From assembly GCA_048938855.1 (NCBI GenBank), contig JBHLLT010000010.1, forward strand, positions 1-64,000: a stretch of 64,000 bases of DNA, given 5' to 3'. Both the position numbers and the translations under genes were made by a program. Source of the stretch: Promethearchaeota archaeon (GTDB lineage: Archaea; Asgardarchaeota; Lokiarchaeia; Sigyniarchaeales; SOKP01). Each line of letters begins with the position of its first letter. Within the stretch, counting starts at the first letter, position 1. Positions 29,272 to 38,780 of this stretch are shown here, one piece after another. The notes below the pieces were generated by a model. That model did no database searches and was not told the origin of the DNA. It saw nothing but the letters and a program-made list of their open reading frames with translations.

Positions 29272-29313
29272 ATTCTTTAAATCATTAAATTAATGTAAAA
29301 ATTTTGAATACTA

Positions 29314-30606
29314 ATGTATAAAACCCGTCTTTTTTTTTTAATAGCCTCTATTGTAAATCTGCTCTATTTGATATTAACTTTCATTTTTTTCTATTTTTTG
29401 GATAGTCCACTGATGAATATGAGTGAAAATGACTTTCTTTCATATTATTACGCAGGTAGCAACGTTATTTTAGATTTACCTAACTTATATAATTCTTTGC
29501 TTTCACCATTTCCTTTTAGGTATTTTCCTATTTCCGCTTATTTTTTTACTCCTTTTTCAATACTGGGATTAGAGATAGGCTATTTTGTTTTCCAAGTTAT
29601 CAATTTCTTTCTTAACATATTGATTATTTATTTAATGTACAAGATCATTCAAACATATAAAAGATTTTCGAAGAACTCTAATTTTAACTACAAACTTAAT
29701 TCTTTTAAAGAAATTTTTAATCGGGAAGAAAACGAATCAATTCTTCATCAATATGGAGTTTTTTTAATAGCATTACCATCGTTTATGAATTATTTTTTAG
29801 GTCAGATTAATATTATGGTATCTATTTTTATCCTTTCTTCGCTGTATTATTTCTTAAAAGGAAATGTTAAGGATGATTTTATTGGGGGGATCCTAATTGG
29901 ATTAGGAATTATGATACGCCCTACTTTGATTTTATTATTACCTTTTCTATTGATACTTAATTTTAATAGAAAAAGCAAGAGATTTACATTTAAACTTAAA
30001 CGATCCGTAATTAGATTGTTAGGAACCGTTATTTTAATCATGGTTTCTGGAATATATTTTATAGTTTATCCTCAAATGTTTGCTGATTTCATAAATGTTA
30101 ACCTGACTGGCGAATACACCTATGCTATAGAAGGCGGTATTGAAATAAATCCATCTTTCAGTCTTACTAGGATTGTTTTAATTATCTTTGAATTAAGTAA
30201 TACCGAAGTTAGTGGATTTCTGATTTTTAGTATTATATCGTTAATAATATTAATACCTATATATTTTTTGTATATCCAAGATACTGATTACCCACTTAAT
30301 TTAATCAATGGTTATTTTGTTGGACTCACAGTATTATTAATTGTATATTTTGATTCTTGGCCTCACCATATTGTAGTTTTGACACCATTTATTATTTTTT
30401 TCCTGCTTATGAATAAGAACTTCAAGTTTTATGGAATGGTTAAATATCTTCATTATCTTATTGCCATACTTATGGTTGCATTCTGGGGAATCTTCTATTT
30501 GACATATCAATTCTTCCCATTTAACATTGGTGGTTTAATATTGATGATTTTACTCTATTATTGTTTAATTTTATATTATAGAAATCAATTTAGATTAAAA
30601 CAATAG
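29314..30606 (+). CDS. GT87 (GT-C fold, lipid-phosphate-sugar-dependent) glycosyltransferase
   Basis: NDF..YYYAG...LY...FRYFP..AYFF.PF, GQIN, G..IGLG..IRP, NPSFS, SWPHH; multi-pass. Confidence 0.8.
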   Translation: MYKTRLFFLIASIVNLLYLILTFIFFYFLDSPLMNMSENDFLSYYYAGSNVILDLPNLYNSLLSPFPFRYFPISAYFFTPFSILGLEIGYFVFQVINFFLNILIIYLMYKIIQTYKRFSKNSNFNYKLNSFKEIFNREENESILHQYGVFLIALPSFMNYFLGQINIMVSIFILSSLYYFLKGNVKDDFIGGILIGLGIMIRPTLILLLPFLLILNFNRKSKRFTFKLKRSVIRLLGTVILIMVSGIYFIVYPQMFADFINVNLTGEYTYAIEGGIEINPSFSLTRIVLIIFELSNTEVSGFLIFSIISLIILIPIYFLYIQDTDYPLNLINGYFVGLTVLLIVYFDSWPHHIVVLTPFIIFFLLMNKNFKFYGMVKYLHYLIAILMVAFWGIFYLTYQFFPFNIGGLILMILLYYCLILYYRNQFRLKQ

Positions 30607-30670
30607 AAGATTTGAAGTTGTTTCATTTGATTGTTAGAACTTTTACTAATATAAAGTACAAATTTCAACG

Positions 30671-30722
30671 ATAAAGAAGGTTTTAATAAAGAAAGTTTTA
30701 AATAAAGAAGGTTTTAAATAAA
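30671..30722 (+). repeat. Triple tandem 15-16-bp repeat ATAAAGAA(G/A)GTTTTA(A) containing a BRE/TATA-like element
   Basis: Copies start at 30671, 30686 and 30702, plus a partial ATAAA at 30718; about 90 nt upstream of HGSNAT-like paralog 2. Confidence 0.8.
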
Positions 30723-30809
30723 TAATCCTCCAATTCTAGTAATATAGAATTTTAGTTAGGAAATTGTTTTGTTTTATTTTATTAAAATTTAACGTGGGAA
30801 GGATAAAAG

Positions 30810-32090
30810 ATGTCGATGACAATTGAGGAAGAATTCAATAATAATGAGATTAAAAATGATGCATCTAAACGTATTGCTTCAATAGATTTTGTTAAGGGAT
30901 TTGCTTTAGTCTGGATAATTTTAGCTCATGCAGGTGTTAGTTGGCTTGATAGTGATTGGCAATACGTCTATGGACTTGTTTTCGCTTTTATGGATGTTCT
31001 AGGTCCTTCATTATTCGTTTTTCTCTCAGCTCTTAGTGTTATTTTCAGCCTCAAGAGAAAAAAAGAATTGGTCTCTAAAAAAACAATTCGTAATGGCATT
31101 TTTATTAGAGGAGGAATGATTATCATAATTGGTAGTTTATTCAATCCCATGTCTCTGATGACTGCTGGAGTTACAGTTCCTTTTCCTGCTAATTTATGGG
31201 GTTGGAACATATTAATGTTTATTGGCTTCTCTCAAATTTTTTCCTACTATATCATTAAACTCAACAAGACTGCTCGAGCTGTAATTGGAATATTAATAAT
31301 TTATTTTTCTCCTTGGATTCGAGATTTGCTTTATGAATTCAAGGGCACGTCTCCAATAATTGCAATATTACATTTTATTATTACATCTCCGCTTCCTCAA
31401 GTACCACTTTTACCATATCTAGCAGTCTGTTTTATGTCTACAATCTTTGGAGAGTTCTTATACGAAGCAATGATGAAAGGGACGAAAAAAGCATATTTTA
31501 AATTATTTCGCATATTCTTCATTTATGGGATTTTTTTTACTCTATTAGGAATATTCATAGTAGTTCCGAGAGGAGCTGCTTTAAATATATGGGAAAATGG
31601 ACTATCTCGAGTAGTTGCTGCTCCAGCTTCGAATCTTCATGCAGCTCCAGGATTTATAGTAGAACAAGAATATCTACATATTCACTTACTCCAGATCGCT
31701 AATCAACAAGATTATTATCATTTTAATGCAATGCCAATTTTTATGGTGCGATGTACTGGTCAAAATATGTTTTATAATATTGGTGTAGCTTTTATTCTTA
31801 TTGCAGTATGCTTTTATATTATTGATATTAAAAAACACACCAATGATGTTGTAAAATTGGTGCTATTTTACGGAAAAACTAGCTTGTCTCTTTTTTTGAT
31901 TCAATATTTATTCTTACCTCTATATGGTGCCCAATTTTCAATTATATTTTATCCTATTGTCTGGGTTGGATATTGCGGATTTCTAGGATTACTAATGTAT
32001 ATGTGGTTGAAATTTTTCAGTGGTGTAGGAACACCAGAATGGATTGTGAGAAAAATCAGCCGCGGTGGAAAAAGGAAGAAAAAATTGTAA
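30810..32090 (+). CDS. HGSNAT/DUF1624-like transmembrane acyltransferase, paralog 2
   Basis: RIASIDFVKGFAL..IILAH, GPSLFVFLSALSVIFS; clearly paralogous to 27856-29271. Confidence 0.8.
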   Translation: MSMTIEEEFNNNEIKNDASKRIASIDFVKGFALVWIILAHAGVSWLDSDWQYVYGLVFAFMDVLGPSLFVFLSALSVIFSLKRKKELVSKKTIRNGIFIRGGMIIIIGSLFNPMSLMTAGVTVPFPANLWGWNILMFIGFSQIFSYYIIKLNKTARAVIGILIIYFSPWIRDLLYEFKGTSPIIAILHFIITSPLPQVPLLPYLAVCFMSTIFGEFLYEAMMKGTKKAYFKLFRIFFIYGIFFTLLGIFIVVPRGAALNIWENGLSRVVAAPASNLHAAPGFIVEQEYLHIHLLQIANQQDYYHFNAMPIFMVRCTGQNMFYNIGVAFILIAVCFYIIDIKKHTNDVVKLVLFYGKTSLSLFLIQYLFLPLYGAQFSIIFYPIVWVGYCGFLGLLMYMWLKFFSGVGTPEWIVRKISRGGKRKKKL

Positions 32091-32413
32091 CGACAACTTC
32101 TCTTTTTATAAAAAAATAATATCTATTAAGTTATCAATTGTTAGCTCTACTTGATGAACTCAAAATTCTTATAACACATTCTTTTAATAAGATTAGGCCC
32201 CAATTTTTTCCATATCGTAAAGTAAATAATTTAAATATAAAAATCTCATTTAGAGGAACAAAAAATTAGGTAGAGTATATTATAAAGATATAAATATCTT
32301 TAAAAGATATTATGAAATTATAAGCAAGCATTTTTATTCATAATTTTTAAAATTATATCACTTAATTTTCAAATAAGTACTCTAAATATTAATTTTACAA
32401 TATGTGATTAATC

Positions 32414-32935
32414 ATGAGCCAAGATCCTCAATATAGATTCAAAGTAACTCTTTTTGGGCCTGGTGGTGTAGGTAAAACATCTCTTCTATTGCGTTATATA
32501 AAAGATTTTTTTAGTGACGATCTTAAAAAAACTATAGGAAGCAGTTTTCTTATTAAGGATGTAGAAATTGATGATAAAAGTATACGTCTGCTTTTATGGG
32601 ATTTAGGTGGGCAACCTCAATTTCACAAACTCAGATCGATATATTTTAAAGGGAGTAATGCTAGCATTGGTGTTTTTGATTTGTCATCAAGTCAAACCCT
32701 TCTAAAAATTCCTGGTTGGATAAGTACTATAAAAAAATCAGTATTAAAAACAATTCCTATGCTACTTATAGGTAATAAAGCTGATTTAGAACGAGATGTT
32801 GATCGTGAAGAAGCAGAAGATTTAGCTAAAAGGTTAAATTGTGAATATATGGAAACTTCAGCAAAAACAGGAGAAAACGTGGAAAGTGCATTTGAAAAGA
32901 TCGCAAAAGCGTGTCTTCAAGATTTAAGCGAATAA
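32414..32935 (+). CDS. Rab-like small GTPase (Ras superfamily)
   Basis: G1 GPGGVGKT, G2 TIG, G3 WDLGGQ, G4 NKAD, G5 ETSAK. RabF-like LLLWD and RSIYFKGS. Confidence 0.95.
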   Translation: MSQDPQYRFKVTLFGPGGVGKTSLLLRYIKDFFSDDLKKTIGSSFLIKDVEIDDKSIRLLLWDLGGQPQFHKLRSIYFKGSNASIGVFDLSSSQTLLKIPGWISTIKKSVLKTIPMLLIGNKADLERDVDREEAEDLAKRLNCEYMETSAKTGENVESAFEKIAKACLQDLSE

Positions 32936-32950
32936 GTAACTCTATACCCA

Positions 32951-33574
32951 CTAATCATTAATAATATTTAATTTTTTAAGTTCATTCAATAATTCTTCTG
33001 AATTGGTAAATTTTATACCATTTATTCCTAATTCTTTAGCAGATTTTACATTATTCAATCCATCGTCTATATAAACAATTTGTTTTGGTTTACAACCTGC
33101 CTTTTTGATGGCATACTCAAAAACTCTAGGGTTTGGTTTAATTAAATGAGTTTCATGGGATAAAATCAATTCATCAAACCAATCAATAAATTCCCATCCT
33201 TTCTGTAATATAAAATCCCAGTGACTAGAATTAACATTAGATAAAGCAATTAGCTTATACTGGTTTCTATCTTTTATTTTTCTAAGTAATTCCACAACTT
33301 TAGTATTATAACCAGATATAATACTATTAAAAGCATTAAAAAAATCAGTTTGATCTAACATACAAACTTGGAGGAGATCACAAGCAAGCTGATAAAATTC
33401 ATCATTAGTCATATCCCCTTGATGATACATATCAGATTGTCTAAAAAACTCTAACATGATAGGTGTTTGAGGTTTATTTAAAGGAGATTGAATAATTATA
33501 CTATTATAAAAGTTGGAAAAATCTAAATCTATAATAACGCCTCCTAAATCAAAAATAATAGCCTTAACTTTCAT
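32951..33574 (-). CDS. HAD-superfamily phosphatase (YihX-like)
   Basis: FDLGGV, LSN, KP, YIDD. Confidence 0.9.
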   Translation of the reverse strand: MKVKAIIFDLGGVIIDLDFSNFYNSIIIQSPLNKPQTPIMLEFFRQSDMYHQGDMTNDEFYQLACDLLQVCMLDQTDFFNAFNSIISGYNTKVVELLRKIKDRNQYKLIALSNVNSSHWDFILQKGWEFIDWFDELILSHETHLIKPNPRVFEYAIKKAGCKPKQIVYIDDGLNNVKSAKELGINGIKFTNSEELLNELKKLNIIND

Positions 33575-33651
33575 AACAATAAAAATAGATTCTTTATGCT
33601 TAAAATAACAGATCGCATATATATTTTTTTAAATAGATATTAAGAGTTGGC

Positions 33652-35712
33652 TTAATGTCTAAAATAAATTCTTGTCGAAATCTTCCTGAATGGTATTGGT
33701 AATTTATATTTTGGAAAATTTCTTGTATCATCTTCAAGTAAATCTAGTAAATGATCTAATTTCACATTATTTATCTGTTCTGAAGTTTGTTTTTTTAGTC
33801 CAAAAGGTTTACCTATTAGTCTTTTTCTAATTGATATTGTTTGATTCTCTTGTTCCTTTTTACCAATAATTATTGTATAGGGGATCCATTCAATTTCAGA
33901 CTGTCTTATCTTCTTTCCTACAGTTTCTTCTCTATCATCAAAATCTGCTCTAAACTCTTCTCCATTAATAATATTTAATAATTTTTCAGCATATTCATTT
34001 TGCTCATCGCTAACAGATATAATTCGGACTTGTATTGGAGATAACCATGTTTTAAATCCTGGAACTAATTTATGTTTATTTCGAATAGCAGATTCGATCA
34101 AACCCCATAATATTCTTTCTACTGCTCCAGTCGGAGAATTATGGAGAATTATTGGATATTTTACTATACCATCAGTATCAATAAAGGAAATATTATATTT
34201 TTCTCTTTTTATACCGTCATTGTCTACCATAAATTCTAATGAGCTTTCAACATCAATTTGATTGGTAGCTAAGGTAGCACTCCTGTTTTGATTAGATAAT
34301 ACATTTCTTTCAAATTTTAAAATATAGTAGTAATATCGTTGTTCCCATAATTCTAATAATGCAGGATATTTTTCTGTTCTTATTAAATTAATAATCCAGT
34401 CCTTATTTTCAGTATAAAATTCATTGGTTACTCGGAAAATAACAAAAGTTTTAATACCTAAGTCTTTTTCAAGTTCTCTAATTAATTCATATTGTTTGAT
34501 AAACTCATCTACGGAAGATTCAATATCTCTACAAAGCGTATGCATATCTGGCATGATAAAACCACGCAATCTTCTTAAACCTGATAGCTCACCTTCTTGT
34601 TCTCTTCGAAAATCATATTGTTCATATTCATATGCTCTTAATGGAAAATAATGAGGTTTTAAATTCATTTGGGAGAATAAATCAAATAAAAGAAAATCAC
34701 TAGCATATCTTAAGAGATACCTATCTTTGCCCGATTCAAGCCAATAACTTCTCGCGGGAAATCGAGCGGTTTGCGCAGTTAGTTTTTTCTTTTTAACAGT
34801 ATACATTATTGGAGTATCAATGAGTATTGCCCCATAATCAATTAATCTGTCTTCTATAAAATTTTTTATTAAGTTCTTCATAATCACTCCTTTTGTATAC
34901 CACCTTAAATTCCCTGCATCTGTATTGGGATCAAAATCTACTAATTCAAATTCTTTCATCATTTTTATATGAATTGGCTCAATAGCCTTATCTACTTTCC
35001 TTGAACCTAATTCAGATTTTAGAAATGAACGAAATTCTTGGTCCTTTATTTCTTTAGGAAATACCACTTCATTTTCATTAACAATATTTAGATCTAATTC
35101 TTTTCCCGATGTTGTAATAATCTTGAATACTGAATTTTTTATTTGTTCTTCTGGTTTTATTGCTAATTTTACATCTCTATACATTTCTGCCATTTCATGT
35201 CCTAAACAATTAATTTTAAATGATTTATACCATCCAAATGGAGAAAATTTAGCTTCTATTCCTCTGTCGTTTAAATTCTTTGCTATTTTTGGGCAAACTT
35301 CCATAGCATTTTGCTCGCTACTTAAAAATTTGCTTAAATGTGCCCAAGGATATACTAAGACTTTATCGATGTGGTAAAACTCACGATCTTTAATAAGTTC
35401 TACAATTTTTTTTGATTTTCCCTTTAATTCACCCTTCTCAATCTTCTGATTATACACTCTGATTTCTTCATTTCTTTCTCTAACTTTCTCTGGAAAACCA
35501 GTAATTTGTAATATTGCAGCTTCAATTTCCTCTGCTCCTTGTTTTGCTATTAAATTTGTATCATATGTATCTTGATCTTCGACAGAAATAAAACAAACGA
35601 GTATTAATCCTTCCATTTTTATTATTTCTTCTGAAAATTCCTGAGGATTACTGGTTGCTTCTTTATTCTTAACAACTTCAACATCTTGAGAGTGAATTAA
35701 TAATATTTTCAT
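33652..35712 (-). CDS. thrS: Threonine--tRNA ligase, archaeal type with N-terminal DTD-like editing domain
   Basis: MKILLIHS, YPWAHLS, PFGWYKSF, FRREQEGELSGLRRLR, MPDMH, ILHNSPTGAVER, anticodon-binding domain. Confidence 0.96.
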   Translation of the reverse strand: MKILLIHSQDVEVVKNKEATSNPQEFSEEIIKMEGLILVCFISVEDQDTYDTNLIAKQGAEEIEAAILQITGFPEKVRERNEEIRVYNQKIEKGELKGKSKKIVELIKDREFYHIDKVLVYPWAHLSKFLSSEQNAMEVCPKIAKNLNDRGIEAKFSPFGWYKSFKINCLGHEMAEMYRDVKLAIKPEEQIKNSVFKIITTSGKELDLNIVNENEVVFPKEIKDQEFRSFLKSELGSRKVDKAIEPIHIKMMKEFELVDFDPNTDAGNLRWYTKGVIMKNLIKNFIEDRLIDYGAILIDTPIMYTVKKKKLTAQTARFPARSYWLESGKDRYLLRYASDFLLFDLFSQMNLKPHYFPLRAYEYEQYDFRREQEGELSGLRRLRGFIMPDMHTLCRDIESSVDEFIKQYELIRELEKDLGIKTFVIFRVTNEFYTENKDWIINLIRTEKYPALLELWEQRYYYYILKFERNVLSNQNRSATLATNQIDVESSLEFMVDNDGIKREKYNISFIDTDGIVKYPIILHNSPTGAVERILWGLIESAIRNKHKLVPGFKTWLSPIQVRIISVSDEQNEYAEKLLNIINGEEFRADFDDREETVGKKIRQSEIEWIPYTIIIGKKEQENQTISIRKRLIGKPFGLKKQTSEQINNVKLDHLLDLLEDDTRNFPKYKLPIPFRKISTRIYFRH

Positions 35713-35816
35713 GATAGATCTTTACATTAGCCTTTTAATTTGTATGATATAATAAATTCTAAATATTTTTCTTACTTTTGATAAATAATTATATTCAAAA
35801 TTCAAATTAATTATTA

Positions 35817-36449
35817 TTGAAATTAAATTCTATTATTATGAATCTTAAAAAAGCTTTTTCAGACATAAGTGAGTTATTAGAGATATTATATCATGATAGG
35901 GAAGAGATTTTAAAATTATCTCGAGACATAATTAGAGATTGTAGTATTGCTATAAAAAATGTTCATAGAAAAGAATTTGATAACTTCAATGAACGATTAA
36001 ATTTAATTAAGAGTAAACATCAAGATTTAGTTATATTAGTTAATAAAAACCCTGGAATTTTCTTCAAATATTTGCAAACTCCAGAACAAGAATTTGCTGA
36101 ATCTCGTGTATTTTATTCAATTATTCGAAAGGAAGAGATTCCGTCACCTTCTGATTTAAATATTAATCCTTTAAATTATCTATTAGGGTTAGCTGATGTT
36201 GTCGGAGAATTAAGAAGGTATGCATTAGACAATATAAGAAATTCTCGTGTTGAAGATTTAAATATTATACTAGAAGATATGGATGAGATCTATACAAATT
36301 TGTTTACACTTGATTACCCTACAGGTATAACTCAAGATTTAAGACATAAGGTAGATGTTGCGAGAAATCTAATTGAAAAAACAAGAGGTGATATTTCTCT
36401 CGCAATACAAATGGATGAAGTGAAAAGATGTTTTGAAAACAATATCTAA
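35817..36449 (+). CDS. Translin/Trax-family protein
   Basis: REEILKLSR, QEFAE, YLLGLADVVGELRR, LRHKVD. Confidence 0.85.
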   Translation: MKLNSIIMNLKKAFSDISELLEILYHDREEILKLSRDIIRDCSIAIKNVHRKEFDNFNERLNLIKSKHQDLVILVNKNPGIFFKYLQTPEQEFAESRVFYSIIRKEEIPSPSDLNINPLNYLLGLADVVGELRRYALDNIRNSRVEDLNIILEDMDEIYTNLFTLDYPTGITQDLRHKVDVARNLIEKTRGDISLAIQMDEVKRCFENNI

Positions 36450-36486
36450 TACCGAATTACCGTATTTAGAATATAAGGAATTAAAG

Positions 36487-36942
36487 ATGAATAATCCAAA
36501 AAAAAAAGTATTAGTTGCTGGTACATTCGATCTTATTCATGCAGGACATATTTATCTTATTAATGAGGCAGCAAAACTAGGTGATGTATTTGTAGTTGTT
36601 GCTACAGATAAAAATCGAGAAATATTTTCGGGTCAACGTCCAATTATTCCTCAAGAACATAGATTAGAGATAATAAGGAATTTGAAACATGTAAAAGATG
36701 CTCGATTAGGAAGAAGTGATAATGATACGCTCAAAACGGTTGAAGAAATCAACCCTGATATTATTCTTTTAGGACCAGATCAAAAATATAGTATTGAAAC
36801 ACTAAAAAAAGGTCTAGCAGAAAAAGGATTAAGTCATATCGAGATTAGAAGACTTGAAAAATATTATGATAAATATGAATTACATAGTTCTAGTTTAATT
36901 AAACAAAAAATTATTGAAAAGAGTAAAGAGAATAAGAAATAG
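36487..36942 (+). CDS. ribL: Archaeal FAD synthetase
   Basis: GTFDLIHAGH, VVATD, PDIILLGPDQ, SSSLIK. Directly upstream of riboflavin kinase. Confidence 0.85.
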   Translation: MNNPKKKVLVAGTFDLIHAGHIYLINEAAKLGDVFVVVATDKNREIFSGQRPIIPQEHRLEIIRNLKHVKDARLGRSDNDTLKTVEEINPDIILLGPDQKYSIETLKKGLAEKGLSHIEIRRLEKYYDKYELHSSSLIKQKIIEKSKENKK

Positions 36943-36952
36943 ACCACATATT

Positions 36953-37681
36953 ATGGAAGTTAAAGATATTATTTCATCAGAGAATTATGCAAATTGGTTT
37001 GCACTTTATAAACTTTGTCAAATTATTGGAAGTCGGAAATCCATTCATATAAATAGTGTTGAATTTGGGAAGATCCTTAACATATCTCAGCAAACAGCGT
37101 CCAGAAGAATAAGCCAATTAGAGGAAATAGGTTGGATCCAAAGAAAAATTTCGGGAAAAGAACAAATTATCAGAATCACAAAGAAAGGTGCTGATGTTAT
37201 GCTTGCAATGTATAAAGACCTAAAGCAAATCCTTGAAGATATCTTAATAGTGGGAGAAGTTACTGAAGGTATGGGAGAGGGAGGTTATTATGTTAGAATT
37301 AAAGAGTATTATGAGCAATTTAAAAAAAAATTAGGATTTACTCCATATTATGGAACATTAAATCTACAATTAAGTGATCTTAACAAAGAATTATTGGATG
37401 AAAATTTAAAAACTCGAATGCCTATTAGAATAATTGGATTTGAAAAAGAGGAAGAAGATGAAGGAGGCTTAGTAAAACGGACATATGGATCAGTAGATTG
37501 TTACAGTTGCATTATTTCTCGTCTTGATGATCAGGACATTAAAATAGATGCTGCTATACTAAAAATTAAAAGAACCCACCATAAAAAAAATATTGTAGAA
37601 ATACTAGCTTCTCCATTTTTAAGAGATAAACTTGCTTTAAAAGATGGTGAAAGAATAAGAATCGAGTTTTCTAAGGAATAA
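36953..37681 (+). CDS. ribK: CTP-dependent riboflavin kinase with N-terminal wHTH (RbkR type)
   Basis: ISQQTASRR HTH; GEVTEGMGEGGYY, GFTPYYGTLN, RTHH, LRDKLAL.DG. Confidence 0.93.
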   Translation: MEVKDIISSENYANWFALYKLCQIIGSRKSIHINSVEFGKILNISQQTASRRISQLEEIGWIQRKISGKEQIIRITKKGADVMLAMYKDLKQILEDILIVGEVTEGMGEGGYYVRIKEYYEQFKKKLGFTPYYGTLNLQLSDLNKELLDENLKTRMPIRIIGFEKEEEDEGGLVKRTYGSVDCYSCIISRLDDQDIKIDAAILKIKRTHHKKNIVEILASPFLRDKLALKDGERIRIEFSKE

Positions 37682-37707
37682 GCCTATAAATTATTTCTAC
37701 CTCATAA

Positions 37708-38325
37708 TCAATTATTTTTCTTTTTAATTGCATAAAAAATCTTTACCAATCTAAAAGTATATGTTCCTAAAACGAGGAACATAAAGATAAATAAAAATAG
37801 ATTTAATAAATTGCAAAAATAACTGATTACAGAGATTACTACAAGGTAAAATAATCTTTCTGATCTTGCCATGAGTCCAATATCGAAATCCCCTTTAAAA
37901 AACACTTCAGCTCTAGCTCTTGTATAACTGATCATAATAGAAGCGGAGAAGGATATTAAAATAATTAGTTTCATATCAAAAAAATTCCAAAGTAATTGAT
38001 CTTTTGAGTAAAAGTACAAGCCCAAGAAAATAAAAAATTCAGAAATCCTATCCATAAATGAATCAAAAAATCCCCCAAATTTTGATGTATTGTTAGTTAA
38101 TCGAGCGATTGTTCCATCACATCCATCCATAATTCCTGTAATAAATACAAAAATAGAAAAATATAGAAGACTTCGAAAAAAACCTAGGGTAACAAAACTT
38201 ATTATAGAAAAACAAAGCATAATCACTGTGGCGAAATTCGGTGTGATCCCTATTCTGATAAAACCTTTTGAGATTAGTCTAACAAGTGGTTTAAAAAGAT
38301 ATCTAAGTCTAAATTTTGAAGGCAT
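37708..38325 (-). CDS. CDP-alcohol phosphatidyltransferase (archaetidylinositol-phosphate synthase-like)
   Basis: TPN..T, DGCDGTIAR...G..FDSFMDR, SYTRARAE, G.MARSER. Confidence 0.9.
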   Translation of the reverse strand: MPSKFRLRYLFKPLVRLISKGFIRIGITPNFATVIMLCFSIISFVTLGFFRSLLYFSIFVFITGIMDGCDGTIARLTNNTSKFGGFFDSFMDRISEFFIFLGLYFYSKDQLLWNFFDMKLIILISFSASIMISYTRARAEVFFKGDFDIGLMARSERLFYLVVISVISYFCNLLNLFLFIFMFLVLGTYTFRLVKIFYAIKKKNN

Positions 38326-38449
38326 TTTTTAAATAGTTTTATAGGATAAGTTAAAATATATTTCACATTATAAAATAACATAGTTTTTTTATTTTAGATA
38401 TATTAAATGCATATATTAACAATTTAAACAATAAGGAGATCGAAAGACT

Positions 38450-38755
38450 ATGAAATTACGGTTGGTTTTACAGACAAGGACAAGAAAAGATAAAAACATA
38501 ATATTAAAATTTCCGATATCGCCAAGTAAACATATTGGTTTTATTAATTTTATAAATTTGGCATTAAAACAAGATATACCAATAGAATTATCCTTTGAAA
38601 AGATATCAAAAACTGGTGAACGGGAGGAAAGTAAGATTGTTGGGCAATTTAAACTAAAAGGAAAAGCTGATTCACAGTTATATGCATTAGAAGAGGAAAT
38701 TCAAGATGCAGAACGTAAAAGAAAAAAAATTCAGCAAAAGAGAAAATTACCTTAA
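38450..38755 (+). CDS. Hypothetical basic protein
   Basis: 101-aa ORF with AGGAG SD upstream. Confidence 0.6.
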   Translation: MKLRLVLQTRTRKDKNIILKFPISPSKHIGFINFINLALKQDIPIELSFEKISKTGEREESKIVGQFKLKGKADSQLYALEEEIQDAERKRKKIQQKRKLP

Positions 38756-38780
38756 GAAATTGTTAACTCAAGTAAATATA

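Noticed and set aside
30671-30722. Tandem repeat as a mini-CRISPR
   Set aside because: Units are 15-16 bp and directly adjacent, with no spacers and no cas genes.
35817-37681. Translin-ribL-ribK cluster as a new system
   Set aside because: All three are recognised archaeal families, and nothing in the sequence indicates a new joint function.
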